From NCBI GenBank assembly GCA_963768835.1, contig CAVYJB010000002.1, positions 298,466 through 362,465 on the forward strand: a stretch of 64,000 nt of DNA, given 5' to 3'. Of this stretch, positions 31,193 through 41,253 are shown piece by piece (position 1 is the stretch's first letter; each line of letters opens with the position of its first letter). The position numbers and the translations under genes were made by a program. A model generated the notes under the pieces. It made no database searches. It was not told where the DNA came from and saw only the letters and a list, made by a program, of their open reading frames with translations. Source of the stretch: an uncultured bacterium (GTDB lineage: Bacteria > Patescibacteriota > Minisyncoccia > UBA6257 > GWB1-50-10).

Positions 31193-31780
31193 ATGCGAGT
31201 GAAAATCCAGCTCCTTGTGTTATTCATACCACTTGTCTTCGGAGGGCTTGCGTCTTCTGTCTCGGCCGATGACGTGCAGATATCGAACGACGTGCATGTC
31301 TCGGCTTCGGCGGGCGGGAACTCCGGCGCAAACGTCACAACAGGCGGAGCCTCGGTGAACGTCTCTATCCACAGCAGCGTGAACGGTACCCCGCTCCTGC
31401 CCGTGGATATCGTGACAACCTCACTTTCCGGAGAGGCCCGCGTGGATGTCCAGAACGACTTCACGAGCGGGACACCCTCTTCAAGCGTCCAGGTTCAGCT
31501 CGGTAATGGGGCTCCACATGTTTTCTGGGGTTTCCCGACTGGCACGCCCCCTATTGCCTCTTCCGGCCTTCCGCGAATATTCCGCCAAAAACCCTCCGTT
31601 CACGCCGTATCAACCTCCACCCCGACCTCTACAGTCCCCGCACCGCAGTTCCACCGCTCTTTTTCTTCCACCACCGGTACGTCGACCCAGTCCCACGGTT
31701 TTCTAGGAGAGTTCCCTCACCTTGCAGACTCTCTCCTCCGTTCTATATGGAACGGCCTCGGTTCCATATTTAAGTTTTAA
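31193..31780 (+). CDS. Secreted protein with one degenerate copy of the same repeat
   Basis: Signal peptide; ISNDVHVSASAGGNSGANVTTGGASVNVSI. Confidence 0.7.
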   Translation: MRVKIQLLVLFIPLVFGGLASSVSADDVQISNDVHVSASAGGNSGANVTTGGASVNVSIHSSVNGTPLLPVDIVTTSLSGEARVDVQNDFTSGTPSSSVQVQLGNGAPHVFWGFPTGTPPIASSGLPRIFRQKPSVHAVSTSTPTSTVPAPQFHRSFSSTTGTSTQSHGFLGEFPHLADSLLRSIWNGLGSIFKF

Positions 31781-31790
31781 CCCAACTACC

Positions 31791-34481
31791 ATGACCCATT
31801 TCAATTTCAAGGACATTTTCCGCCGATCTATGACCGTCGGTTTTGCCGCGCTTCTCGCGGTCGCGCTCGTCATTCGGATGCCGGCGCCGCTTGTGCGTGC
31901 GGATGACACCTCTTCCACCCCGCAGGCTCCCGCCGATACCACGACGTCGGCGACTTCCTCGAACGACGCCAGCGCTTCGAATGACGCAAGCGGTTCGGCG
32001 AATACGGGTGGCAACACGACGGATGTAAGCCCTTCCACGGGCGACGCGCAAACGCCGCCCTCCGGAGGTCCTGATGCGTCCTCCACCGGCGGGCAGGTCA
32101 CATCAAATACCACATCGACCACGTCGGACACTACCTCGACGTCCCCGGATACCTCCTCGACATCCGTGGGCGACGCCACTTTGAACACGACGACAACCGA
32201 TGCGTCCTCCACGTCTCCGAGCTCGAGTTCCACAGATTCCTCGGCGACTTCTACTTCCTCCGACACATCCTCCACTCCTGCGGACACGTCTTCTTCCAAT
32301 ACTACGGGTAGCGGTGGAGCCGACACGGGCGCCATCATCACGACGGGGAACGCCGCGGCGGCCGCGAACGTGGTGAACGTGGTGAACACGAACATTTTCG
32401 ACTCGACGGGATTTCTCTCGCTCCTGAACCTCTTTGACCCGCAGATCGGAGATGTAAGCACCGACGGGCTTTCCTTCCCGCTTTCGGGGTGCACGAGCGA
32501 CGGTTGCAGCCTCGGGAACCTTTCGGTGGACAGCCAGAACTCAGGCACTGTCACGAATGATGTCACGGTGGGCGCCACGACGGGGGGCAATACCGCGAGC
32601 GGGACGAGCACGATTACGACGGGGGATGCCGCGGCGGCCGCGAACGTGGTGAACGTCGTGAATTCGAATTTTGTGGATTCGAACTACCTCCTTATGGTGG
32701 TCAACAACTTCAGCCAGTGGATCGGCGACCTCGTGTTCCCCGGAAAATCCTTCTTCACGGGGCTTACGGACGGGAGCGCCTTGCCCGACAACTCCGGGAC
32801 GGGCGGTAGTACGACCATCTCGAACGCGAATGACGCCACCGTGGTCAATAACACGGAGACGACGGCCGCGACGGGTGGGAACACCGTGGACGCCTCGGGA
32901 ACGGCGACCGTAACGACCGGGGATGCGGCCGCGGTCACGAACACCGCGAATCTCGTGAATACGAATCTCGTGAACAGCGACCAGGTTTATATCGTGGTCC
33001 GCGTCTTCGGGAACTGGGCGGGAAATATCTTCAGCACGCCGCCCGGCCTCACGTGGGAGCAAACGCCCTACGGTCTCGTACTGCATAATTCCGATTCCAG
33101 TCCGCTTTTCACGACCGACGCGAGTTCCAGTTCCTGCTGCGATCTTCCCGGGTCCACGTCCAACACAAACACGGCGGATGTCCAGAACAACGTCAAGGTG
33201 TATGCGCTCACGGGCGGGAACCAGGTCAGCGGAGGCGGCGGTTCCATCACGACCGGGAACGCGGGCGCGGTGAGCAACGTGATCAATCTTGTGAACACCA
33301 ATGTGGTGGGGCGGAACGTACTCCTCGCATTCGTGAACATCTTCGGGGACTGGCAGGGGAATCTGGCGTTCGGGAAACCGGATCTCTGGACCGGTATCCG
33401 CGCGGAACTCTCCTCGAACCCGCTTACCGAGAACACGGAGGTGACCTACCATGTGACAATCGCGAACCGGGGCACCGCTGATGCCACCGACGTGGCGGTC
33501 CAAAGCGGCCACAGCGTGACGGGGCTCATGAACGTCTCGGACGCGGGCGGAGGCACGCCGAGCGGTGACGGCGTGGGGTGGACGATTCCCGTGATCCCCG
33601 CGGGTGCCTCGACCACGCTTACTTTCTCTGAGCGCACCTCCGACAATCTTCCCATCGGGCTCACCCCGCTCGTGACGACCGTGACGGCCACTCCCAAGGA
33701 GGACGATGCGGATTCCACCGACAACACGGATGCCGTGAGTCTTCCTCTCGAGCGGACTATCCCGCTCCCCATCGCTTCCCACCTCTCGCTCAAGGAAACG
33801 AACAGCGCGACCGCACCGATAGGACCGGACAGCGATGTGAAGTTCCACTTCACCGTCCGGAACAACGGGGCTGTCCCCGCGACGAGCGTGCTCCTGCACG
33901 AGAAGTTCTACGATCCATGGGGCACGCTTCTTGGCGAGAACACGTGGACCTTGGGGAGCATCGATCCGGGCCACGGGTACGCTGTGGACTATGACACGCA
34001 TTTCGACGCGACCGCCCGCACGGGATACTACACGAGCTTCTCCTCTCTTGAGGGGGCCGATGCCGTGGGTACGATCCAGTCACAGAGCGACATGATCTCG
34101 GGAAGCAGCGTCTACCTCGTGAACCCCGCCGACGCCACACCGCCACCCTCCGCACCGCCTACCGTGCACTTCGTCGCTCCGCAGACGCCCAACCTTCCGA
34201 ACGCCGTGCAGCAGGTGAGTCCGAAGGTCCAACATCTGGTGATTCAGAAGCTCCTTTCCCGCCGGACCCCGCCCGTGCCCATCGGAGGACTCACGGTACT
34301 CGCAGCAGGAGGTACCCCGCCTCCGAAGTCTTTCCAGGATGCGCTTCCGGCGCCCCACGGAATCTTCACCGATTCGACGCTACCGACGGGGAGTATTCTC
34401 CTCGCGTCTCTGCAGCCGGTCCTTCCCACCGATCTCTGGGGGCACTTCACGGATTTCGTCCACTCCATCCTGCAACCCTAG
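31791..34481 (+). CDS. Large secreted protein with Ser/Thr linker, TGxA/VNTN repeats and DUF11-like Ig domains
   Basis: Signal peptide; S/T/D-rich tract; four ITTG(N/D)A...VN(T/S)N repeats; VTYHVTIANRGTADATDV DUF11-like segment. Confidence 0.85.
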   Translation: MTHFNFKDIFRRSMTVGFAALLAVALVIRMPAPLVRADDTSSTPQAPADTTTSATSSNDASASNDASGSANTGGNTTDVSPSTGDAQTPPSGGPDASSTGGQVTSNTTSTTSDTTSTSPDTSSTSVGDATLNTTTTDASSTSPSSSSTDSSATSTSSDTSSTPADTSSSNTTGSGGADTGAIITTGNAAAAANVVNVVNTNIFDSTGFLSLLNLFDPQIGDVSTDGLSFPLSGCTSDGCSLGNLSVDSQNSGTVTNDVTVGATTGGNTASGTSTITTGDAAAAANVVNVVNSNFVDSNYLLMVVNNFSQWIGDLVFPGKSFFTGLTDGSALPDNSGTGGSTTISNANDATVVNNTETTAATGGNTVDASGTATVTTGDAAAVTNTANLVNTNLVNSDQVYIVVRVFGNWAGNIFSTPPGLTWEQTPYGLVLHNSDSSPLFTTDASSSSCCDLPGSTSNTNTADVQNNVKVYALTGGNQVSGGGGSITTGNAGAVSNVINLVNTNVVGRNVLLAFVNIFGDWQGNLAFGKPDLWTGIRAELSSNPLTENTEVTYHVTIANRGTADATDVAVQSGHSVTGLMNVSDAGGGTPSGDGVGWTIPVIPAGASTTLTFSERTSDNLPIGLTPLVTTVTATPKEDDADSTDNTDAVSLPLERTIPLPIASHLSLKETNSATAPIGPDSDVKFHFTVRNNGAVPATSVLLHEKFYDPWGTLLGENTWTLGSIDPGHGYAVDYDTHFDATARTGYYTSFSSLEGADAVGTIQSQSDMISGSSVYLVNPADATPPPSAPPTVHFVAPQTPNLPNAVQQVSPKVQHLVIQKLLSRRTPPVPIGGLTVLAAGGTPPPKSFQDALPAPHGIFTDSTLPTGSILLASLQPVLPTDLWGHFTDFVHSILQP

Positions 34482-34566
34482 AACGCAAGCCGTCTGAGAA
34501 AATCTCCCGCCCCGAGAAATCGGGGCGGGGTTTTTCTCCGCTGCCGCATCGTCTATACTGGGAGAG

Positions 34567-34785
34567 ATGACGCCCCCGTTCCTTAGCGACAATCCGTACC
34601 TTTGGGCCATCGCAATCCTCTGGACGCTGCCCTGGAAAGGAGTGGCGCTCTGGAGGGCCGCCCATGCCGAGCGGAAAGGCTGGTTCATCGCGCTCCTTGT
34701 GGTGAACACCTTCGGGCTTCTTGAGATCCTCTATATCTTCGTTTTCAGTCGGAATACGACGAAGCCTCCCGACCCTACGTCCTAG
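34567..34785 (+). CDS. DUF5652 family small membrane protein
   Basis: [14 protein letters not shown]...[20 protein letters not shown]. Confidence 0.85.
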   Translation: MTPPFLSDNPYLWAIAILWTLPWKGVALWRAAHAERKGWFIALLVVNTFGLLEILYIFVFSRNTTKPPDPTS

Positions 34786-34810
34786 CGCAGCGGCGCGACG
34801 TCTTCCTCCG

Positions 34811-36751
34811 ATGACAAAGGACCACAAGCGCTACAGTCGGTTCAAGGCGTTCCTGACGCCCGACGGCGCCCTCTTCGTAGCGCTTCTCCTCGTCCTCTTC
34901 GTCCACTACCTCCACCTCGCCCCGGAGAACGGGACGCAGGACGTGCTTGTAGTCCTCGGTCTCCTGGGAACAATCCCCGTCCTTTTTTCGGCGGTGGCAG
35001 CTCTGCGGAACAAAAGGGTCTCGGTGGACCTCCTCGCGTCCATCGCCCTCGTGGCGTCCCTCCTCGCGGCCCAGTGGGAGTCCGTCGCGTTCATCGATCT
35101 TATGCTCGTCTCCGCGCGCATTCTGGGACGCTCGACCGAGGACCGGGCGCGCCACGCCATCGAGGGGCTTCTGAAATATCGCCCGCAGCGCATCAAGGTA
35201 CGGCGCGGCGACCGGGTCGTGGAAGAGTCCATTGCCGAACTCAAAGCGGGGGACGTGGTGGTCATCGAGGCGGGTGAGCGCATTCCCGTCGACGGCACGG
35301 TGGTGGAAGGGGAGGCGAGCGTGGACAACTCGACTCTCACGGGAGAATCCGTCCCCGTCGCGCGCAAGGTCGGAGATACGGCCCTGAGCTCCACGCTCGT
35401 GGTCTCCGGGTCCCTCACCATCAAGGCGTCGAAAGTCGGGGAGGATACGACGCTCGAACGCATCGTCCGCCTCGTGGAAGAAGCGCAGACCAACAAGGCG
35501 GATATCCGAACCACGGCGGAGCGGTTCGCCTCCTGGTACGTGGCTCTGACGCTTGTCGGCGGGGTCGCGATCTTTACGGTGACGCGGAACATGCTCTTTC
35601 TGCTCTCGGTGCTCCTGGTCGCATGCGCCGATGACATCGCGGTGGCGGTTCCGATCGCCTTCATAGCCTCCGTGGTGCGCGCCGCCCGGCGGGGCATTCT
35701 CATCAAGGGCGGCAGTTTCGTGGAAGCGCTCGCCAAGGTGCGGACGGCCGTGGTGGACAAGACCGGGACCCTGACGCGCGGGATGATGAAGGTGGAGGGG
35801 ATCCTACCCTTCGGTGCCCACACGCGCGACGAGCTTCTCCGGTTCGCGGCGGTGACGAATTTCTTCTCCAACCACCCCGCCGCGCGGGCGATCCTCGCCT
35901 ATACCGAACAGAGCGGGTTGTCGCTCCGCCCGCCGGTGAAATTCGAGGAGATGCCGGGGCACGGGAGCACCGCGGAGGACGGGCCCCACCATCTCGTGGT
36001 CGGAAAACTCTCCTTTCTCGAGGAGCGCGGGGTTGCCGTCACGGAGGAGGAACGGGCGGCCATCGACGCGGAGAAGGCGAAAGGGGAAAACGTGACGCTC
36101 ATCGGCGCCGACGGGGGGCTCATCGGCATGATCACGCTCTCCGACGCGGTCCGCCACGGCGTCCGGGAGGCCATCGCGCATCTGAAGGGCCTCGGGATCG
36201 AACGCTGGGTCATGCTCACGGGTGACAATGAGCGCGCGGCGGAGAAGGTGGCGGTGCAGGTGGGAGTGACCGAGTACCACGCCAACCTCCTGCCGGAAGA
36301 CAAGCTGGCGTTCATCCAGAGCGCGATCAGCCCCGCGGGCAAGGTGATGATGGTGGGCGACGGAGTGAACGACGCCGCGGCGCTGGCGCTCGCGGATGTG
36401 GGTATCGCGATGGGAGCCGTCGGGTCGGATACCGCCATTGAAGCCGCGGATGTGGCCCTCATGCACGACAACTTTGCGCGCATCCCCGAGGTCGTGGAGA
36501 TCGCACACCGCACGATGCGCGTGATCCGGCAGGACTTCTGGATCTGGGGCGTCACGAACGCCGTCGGCTTCCTCCTGGTTTTTCTCGGGGTCATCGGTCC
36601 GGAGGGCGCCGCGGCCTTCAACTTCGTAACGGACTTCTTTCCGCTCATGAACTCCTTGCGGCTCTTCCGCCCGCCTCTCAATCTCCACAACGGACGCTTG
36701 GGGTCTGCCCCCGCATCTGGTAAAGTAGATAGCAGGTCGCAGCGTCCCTGA
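34811..36751 (+). CDS. Heavy-metal-type (P1B) P-type ATPase with atypical TM motif
   Basis: LTGES, DKTGTLT, HP, MLTGDN, GDGVND; TM motif reads ACADD. Confidence 0.93.
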   Translation: MTKDHKRYSRFKAFLTPDGALFVALLLVLFVHYLHLAPENGTQDVLVVLGLLGTIPVLFSAVAALRNKRVSVDLLASIALVASLLAAQWESVAFIDLMLVSARILGRSTEDRARHAIEGLLKYRPQRIKVRRGDRVVEESIAELKAGDVVVIEAGERIPVDGTVVEGEASVDNSTLTGESVPVARKVGDTALSSTLVVSGSLTIKASKVGEDTTLERIVRLVEEAQTNKADIRTTAERFASWYVALTLVGGVAIFTVTRNMLFLLSVLLVACADDIAVAVPIAFIASVVRAARRGILIKGGSFVEALAKVRTAVVDKTGTLTRGMMKVEGILPFGAHTRDELLRFAAVTNFFSNHPAARAILAYTEQSGLSLRPPVKFEEMPGHGSTAEDGPHHLVVGKLSFLEERGVAVTEEERAAIDAEKAKGENVTLIGADGGLIGMITLSDAVRHGVREAIAHLKGLGIERWVMLTGDNERAAEKVAVQVGVTEYHANLLPEDKLAFIQSAISPAGKVMMVGDGVNDAAALALADVGIAMGAVGSDTAIEAADVALMHDNFARIPEVVEIAHRTMRVIRQDFWIWGVTNAVGFLLVFLGVIGPEGAAAFNFVTDFFPLMNSLRLFRPPLNLHNGRLGSAPASGKVDSRSQRP

Positions 36752-36768
36752 CCCCGCGGTCACTTCTC

Positions 36769-36849
36769 ATGTTCAAAAAAATCGAGTTTTTCATCTTTCT
36801 CGTGATTGCCATCTTCCTCGTGTGGCTGGGGTACAACTATTTCCGCTAG
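36769..36849 (+). CDS. 26-aa single-TM peptide
   Basis: MFKKIEFFIFLVIAIFLVWLGYNYFR*; fills the gap between two co-oriented genes. Confidence 0.6.
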   Translation: MFKKIEFFIFLVIAIFLVWLGYNYFR

Positions 36850-36854
36850 TTCCT

Positions 36855-37535
36855 ATGGCGGATTTTCTCATGGGCCCCGTGCTCATTTGGCTGCCCAAAC
36901 TGGCATGGGGCGCGCTTGTGGTGCTCGCCTTAGGCCGCTACATCGCGGAGCATGCGCCGGAGGCTCGGGAGTCCCGCTTCTTTCTGCGCTTCGACTACCG
37001 CACGCTCGCGTGGGCGGCGATCGGAGTCCGTATCCTCTTCGCGCTTCTTTTTTCCGTGGGGCAGTATTATGTGTGGACGACCGACGCGTTTACGCAGACC
37101 TTCCTGCACGCGGCGGTGAACCCTCAGGTGCGCGAAGTCCTTGTGCAGTGGTTCCCGTGGATTTTCGGGTCTCCCCTCGGATATTTCTTTTTCTACAGCT
37201 GGGGACGGTTCTGGTTCAATGTCGTGATTTCGGTGGGCGTGGCCGCGCTTTTCCGATGGTTCCTCATGGGCCTGCAGCGTTACCGGGAACGTTTCTTTGA
37301 GCCGGGAGAGGTGGATCTGGGATTTCTCGCGGCCCTCGCGGCCGGCTGGCCGAACGTCGTGATCTTTCTCCCCATCGCATTTGTGAGCGTCCTTCTGCTC
37401 TCCGTGGCGAGAGGAATCGTGTGGCACAAGGCGTACACGACGCTCGGCGCGCCGTTCCTTCTCGCGATGCTCGTGACCCTCGCCTGGGGTTCGGAACTTA
37501 TCGGAACATTCGGTCTTACGGTTCTGCATATCTGA
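36855..37535 (+). CDS. Integral membrane protein, C-terminus resembling A24 prepilin peptidases
   Basis: Multi-TM; PGEVDLGFLAALAAGWP...LGAPFLLA. Confidence 0.65.
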   Translation: MADFLMGPVLIWLPKLAWGALVVLALGRYIAEHAPEARESRFFLRFDYRTLAWAAIGVRILFALLFSVGQYYVWTTDAFTQTFLHAAVNPQVREVLVQWFPWIFGSPLGYFFFYSWGRFWFNVVISVGVAALFRWFLMGLQRYRERFFEPGEVDLGFLAALAAGWPNVVIFLPIAFVSVLLLSVARGIVWHKAYTTLGAPFLLAMLVTLAWGSELIGTFGLTVLHI

Positions 37536-37645
37536 CCGCGGAGGAAGGATTGTTGCGCGCAGGCGCCATCATTCGTACACAGTATCTACTTGTGGGCGTC
37601 TTTCGGCGCGGTTACAATGGGTATGGTTAGAACTGTCTCGTTTGT

Positions 37646-39214
37646 ATGTCCAGAATCAAGTTATTTCTCGCTTTTCTGAAGCGTCCTTGGGGCATCGTTC
37701 TCGTCGTTGTGGTACTCGGGACGGCAGCGTACATCGTTTTCGGCGCGGGGAAGAAGGCGGCGCCCGAGATCGTGGTGGTGAAGCGGGGGAACATCGCCCA
37801 GGAGGTTTCGGTGACGGGGCAGGTGAAGCCCATCCAGAGCGTGGATCTCGGATTCGATATCGCGGGGAGGGTGGCGCGCGTGCCGGTCGCGGTGGGGGAC
37901 CATGTGAACCGCGGAGACCTTCTGGTGGCTCTCGATGCGGGGGACCTGCAGGCGCAGCTCGCGGAAGCACAGGCGAACGTGGATGCCGAACAAGCGAATC
38001 TCGATTCCCTGGAGGCCGGCACGCGGCCGGAGGAGCTCCAGCTCTCGGCGGCGAAGGTGACGAGCGCCCAAGTGGCGGTGGGCCAGTCCCTCCAGGCGTT
38101 CACCGACGCCCTGCGGGACGCGCAGGTGAAGGCGGACGACGCCATCCGCAACAAGGTGGACCCTTTCTTCACGACGCCTCAGACGAATCCCCAGCTCGTG
38201 TTCTCCATCACGGACCCCCAGCTCCAGTTGGACCTTGAATCCATGCGGCTTTCGCTCGAGGGACGCCTCACGGCCTGGAGGGCCGCGGTCGCGAGTTTCA
38301 CGACCTCCACGGATCCCACCGCGCTCGACACGATGACGCAGGCGGACCTCGCGCTCGTGCAGACATTCCTCGGCAAGGTCACACTCGCCCTCAACAATCT
38401 CACGCCGTACGGGGGTCTCGCGCAGGCGACCATCGACGGCTGGCGCGCGAACGTTTCGACGGCGCGGGCGAACATCGGGCTTGCGATCACGGACCTCACG
38501 ACCGCGCGCGAGGCGTACCTGAACGCGGAGACCGCGGTCACGGTCGCGGAGAACCAGTACGCCCTGGATGCCGCGAGTTCCACGCCGGAGGACATCGCGG
38601 CGCAGACCGCGCGCGTGGAGCAGGCGCAAGGGAGCGTCGATTCCATCCGTGCGCAGATCGCGAAGACCTACATTCTCTCGCCCCTCGCGGGCGTGGTGAC
38701 GCAGCAGGACGCGAAGGTGGGCCAGGCGGCCACGCCGAACACGCCTCTCACGGGCGTGATGGGGGATGGGGGGCTCGAGATCGAGGCGGACATCGCGGAG
38801 GCGGACATCGCGAAGGTCGCGGTGGGGCAGTCCGCCGCGGTGACCCTCGACGCCTACGGGCCGGGGGTGCAGTTCCCCGCGACGGTCGTGAAGATCGACC
38901 CCGCGGAGACGATCCTCGAAGGAGTGGCCACCTACAAGACCACGCTTCAGTTCGTACAGAAGGACGACCGGGTGAAGTCGGGGATGACGGCGAACGTGGA
39001 TATCACGACGGCCGAGCACGACAATGTCCTGGTTCTGCCCCAGTACGCGGTCACGAACGCGAACGGCGTGCATACGGTGCAGGTGGAGCGCGGAGCAAAG
39101 GTGGAAACCGTGACGGTGACGACCGGGCTCCGCAGCCTGGACGGCACGACCGAGATTCTGAGCGGTCTTGCGGAGGGCGATCAGGTCGTGGTGGCGGGCT
39201 CCGCGACCCCCTAG
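37646..39214 (+). CDS. Efflux periplasmic adaptor subunit (MacA-like)
   Basis: N-terminal TM, GRVARVPVAVGDHV, long coiled coil, SPLAGVV, KSGMTANV. Confidence 0.9.
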   Translation: MSRIKLFLAFLKRPWGIVLVVVVLGTAAYIVFGAGKKAAPEIVVVKRGNIAQEVSVTGQVKPIQSVDLGFDIAGRVARVPVAVGDHVNRGDLLVALDAGDLQAQLAEAQANVDAEQANLDSLEAGTRPEELQLSAAKVTSAQVAVGQSLQAFTDALRDAQVKADDAIRNKVDPFFTTPQTNPQLVFSITDPQLQLDLESMRLSLEGRLTAWRAAVASFTTSTDPTALDTMTQADLALVQTFLGKVTLALNNLTPYGGLAQATIDGWRANVSTARANIGLAITDLTTAREAYLNAETAVTVAENQYALDAASSTPEDIAAQTARVEQAQGSVDSIRAQIAKTYILSPLAGVVTQQDAKVGQAATPNTPLTGVMGDGGLEIEADIAEADIAKVAVGQSAAVTLDAYGPGVQFPATVVKIDPAETILEGVATYKTTLQFVQKDDRVKSGMTANVDITTAEHDNVLVLPQYAVTNANGVHTVQVERGAKVETVTVTTGLRSLDGTTEILSGLAEGDQVVVAGSATP

Positions 39215-39224
39215 CCCGGTTCCT

Positions 39225-39950
39225 ATGGCGCTCATCGAGGTAAAGGACCTCGTAAAAACCTACCAGGAGGAGGGGGGCAGTGTGGGGACGCAGGCGCTCG
39301 CCGGCGTCTCCTTTTCGATTGAGAAAGGCGAGTTTGTCGCGGTGATGGGCCCGTCGGGCTCGGGCAAATCGACGCTCCTCCACGTGCTGGGGTTCCTCGA
39401 CCGCCAGACCAGCGGCACCTACCGGTTCGACGGACGCTCGAGCGACGAGTACACGGGGGACGAGCTCGCCGCCGTGCGGAACGAGAAGATGGGGTTCGTC
39501 TTCCAGTCGTTCAACCTCCTCCCGCGGGCCTCGGTCCTCGAGAACGTACAGCTCCCGTTCCTCTATTCGGGCGTCTCGGATCGCGAGTGGGAGAAGCGCG
39601 CCACGACGGCCATCGAGCGGGTCGGACTTTCCCCTCGGCTGCGGTTCCCGACCTCCCAGCTCTCGGGCGGGGAGCGCCAGCGCGTCGCGATCGCGCGCGC
39701 CCTGGTTCTGAATCCCCAGATCATCTTCGCCGACGAACCCACCGGCAACCTCGACTCGAAGTCGGGCGAGACCGTGATCGAAATTCTGCAGAGGCTGAAC
39801 GAAGAGGAGGGGCACACGGTGGTTCTGATTACCCACGAGACGCACACCGCGGAGCACGCGGAGCGCATCCTTCACATCATCGACGGAGCCCTCGACCGCG
39901 ACGTCAAGGTGGCGCAGCGCCGCAAGATCGGCGACGCGTTACTTAAATAA
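39225..39950 (+). CDS. ABC transporter ATP-binding protein (MacB/LolD-like)
   Basis: GPSGSGKST, LSGGERQRVAIARAL, DEPTGNLD. Confidence 0.95.
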   Translation: MALIEVKDLVKTYQEEGGSVGTQALAGVSFSIEKGEFVAVMGPSGSGKSTLLHVLGFLDRQTSGTYRFDGRSSDEYTGDELAAVRNEKMGFVFQSFNLLPRASVLENVQLPFLYSGVSDREWEKRATTAIERVGLSPRLRFPTSQLSGGERQRVAIARALVLNPQIIFADEPTGNLDSKSGETVIEILQRLNEEEGHTVVLITHETHTAEHAERILHIIDGALDRDVKVAQRRKIGDALLK

Positions 39951-39954
39951 TCCC

Positions 39955-41193
39955 ATGCATCTCCGCCATCTCGTGAAAACCTCGATCTCCAGCCTCTCCG
40001 TGCACCGGTCCCGGACGCTCCTCACGATTCTGGGGATCGTCATCGGTATCGCGGCCATCATGATCGTGATGTCCCTGGGCACCGGCGCGCAGGGCATCAT
40101 CCTGGGGCAGATCCAGGGCATCGGCGCGAAGACCATCGCGGTCTTGCCGGGGCGGGAACCCACGAGCCCGACCGATGTCACCTCGCTCTTCTCGGATTCG
40201 CTCAAACAGCGCGATCTGGACGAGCTCCGCAACCGCTCGAACGTGCCGACCGCGACCCGCGTCGAACCCATCGTCCTCGGCTCGGAGCCCGTGAACTACC
40301 AGTCGAACGTCTACCAGACGACCATCATCGGCGGGACAAGCTATCTGTTCGACATTTACAACATTGATGTGACCGACGGCCGGGCGTTCACCGACGACGA
40401 GGTCCAGTCGAACGCGCCCGTGGCCATCATCGGCGAGACGATCCGGGAGAAGCTTTTCGGGACCGACGACCCCATCGGGCAGAAGGTCCGCGTCAAGGGG
40501 CAGAATCTCACGGTGATCGGGCTCATCCCGCAGAAGGGCCAGTTTTCCTTCCTGAACTTCGACGAGATCATGCTCGTCCCCTACACCACGGCGCAGCAGT
40601 ACATCTTCGGCATCAAGTACTTCAACCGGCTGATCGTGGAAGCGGACACCGAGGCGCACGTGAACCGGACCGTGACGGATATCCAGACGACGCTCCGGGA
40701 AGCGCACAACATTACCGACCCCTCGAAGGACGATTTCTTCATCCAGACCCAGCAGGGGATCCTGCAGCAGGTGTCGACCATCACGAACGCCATGAAGCTC
40801 TTCATCGCCGCGGTCGCGGCCATCTCCCTCATCGTGGGCGGCGTCGGCATCATGAATATCATGCTGGTCGCCGTGACGGAGCGGACCCGCGAGATCGGCC
40901 TCCGGAAGGCCCTGGGCGCGCGGGACCGGGACATCCTGCTCCAGTTCCTCCTCGAGGCCACGATGCTCACCTCGACGGGCGGCGCCTTGGGCATCGGTCT
41001 GGGGACGCTCTTTTCCTTCGCGACCTCCTTCGTTTTGACGAAGTACCTGAACACTGCCTGGCCCTTCGACTTCCCGGTCGTCGCGGCGCTCCTCGGGCTC
41101 GGGGTCGCGGCGGCGGTCGGATTCCTGTTCGGCATCTATCCCGCGCGCCAGGCGGCGAAGAAGAGCCCCATCGAAGCGCTGCGCTATGAGTGA
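39955..41193 (+). CDS. ABC transporter permease (MacB/FtsX-like)
   Basis: RTLLTILGIVIGI, GGVGIMNIMLVAVTERTREIGLRKALGA, PIEALRYE. Confidence 0.95.
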   Translation: MHLRHLVKTSISSLSVHRSRTLLTILGIVIGIAAIMIVMSLGTGAQGIILGQIQGIGAKTIAVLPGREPTSPTDVTSLFSDSLKQRDLDELRNRSNVPTATRVEPIVLGSEPVNYQSNVYQTTIIGGTSYLFDIYNIDVTDGRAFTDDEVQSNAPVAIIGETIREKLFGTDDPIGQKVRVKGQNLTVIGLIPQKGQFSFLNFDEIMLVPYTTAQQYIFGIKYFNRLIVEADTEAHVNRTVTDIQTTLREAHNITDPSKDDFFIQTQQGILQQVSTITNAMKLFIAAVAAISLIVGGVGIMNIMLVAVTERTREIGLRKALGARDRDILLQFLLEATMLTSTGGALGIGLGTLFSFATSFVLTKYLNTAWPFDFPVVAALLGLGVAAAVGFLFGIYPARQAAKKSPIEALRYE

Positions 41194-41253
41194 CTCCGCG
41201 TCTTCCGTTCCTGCGTGGTACTATATAGAAGCATAACGCGATTCTAGGCTCCC

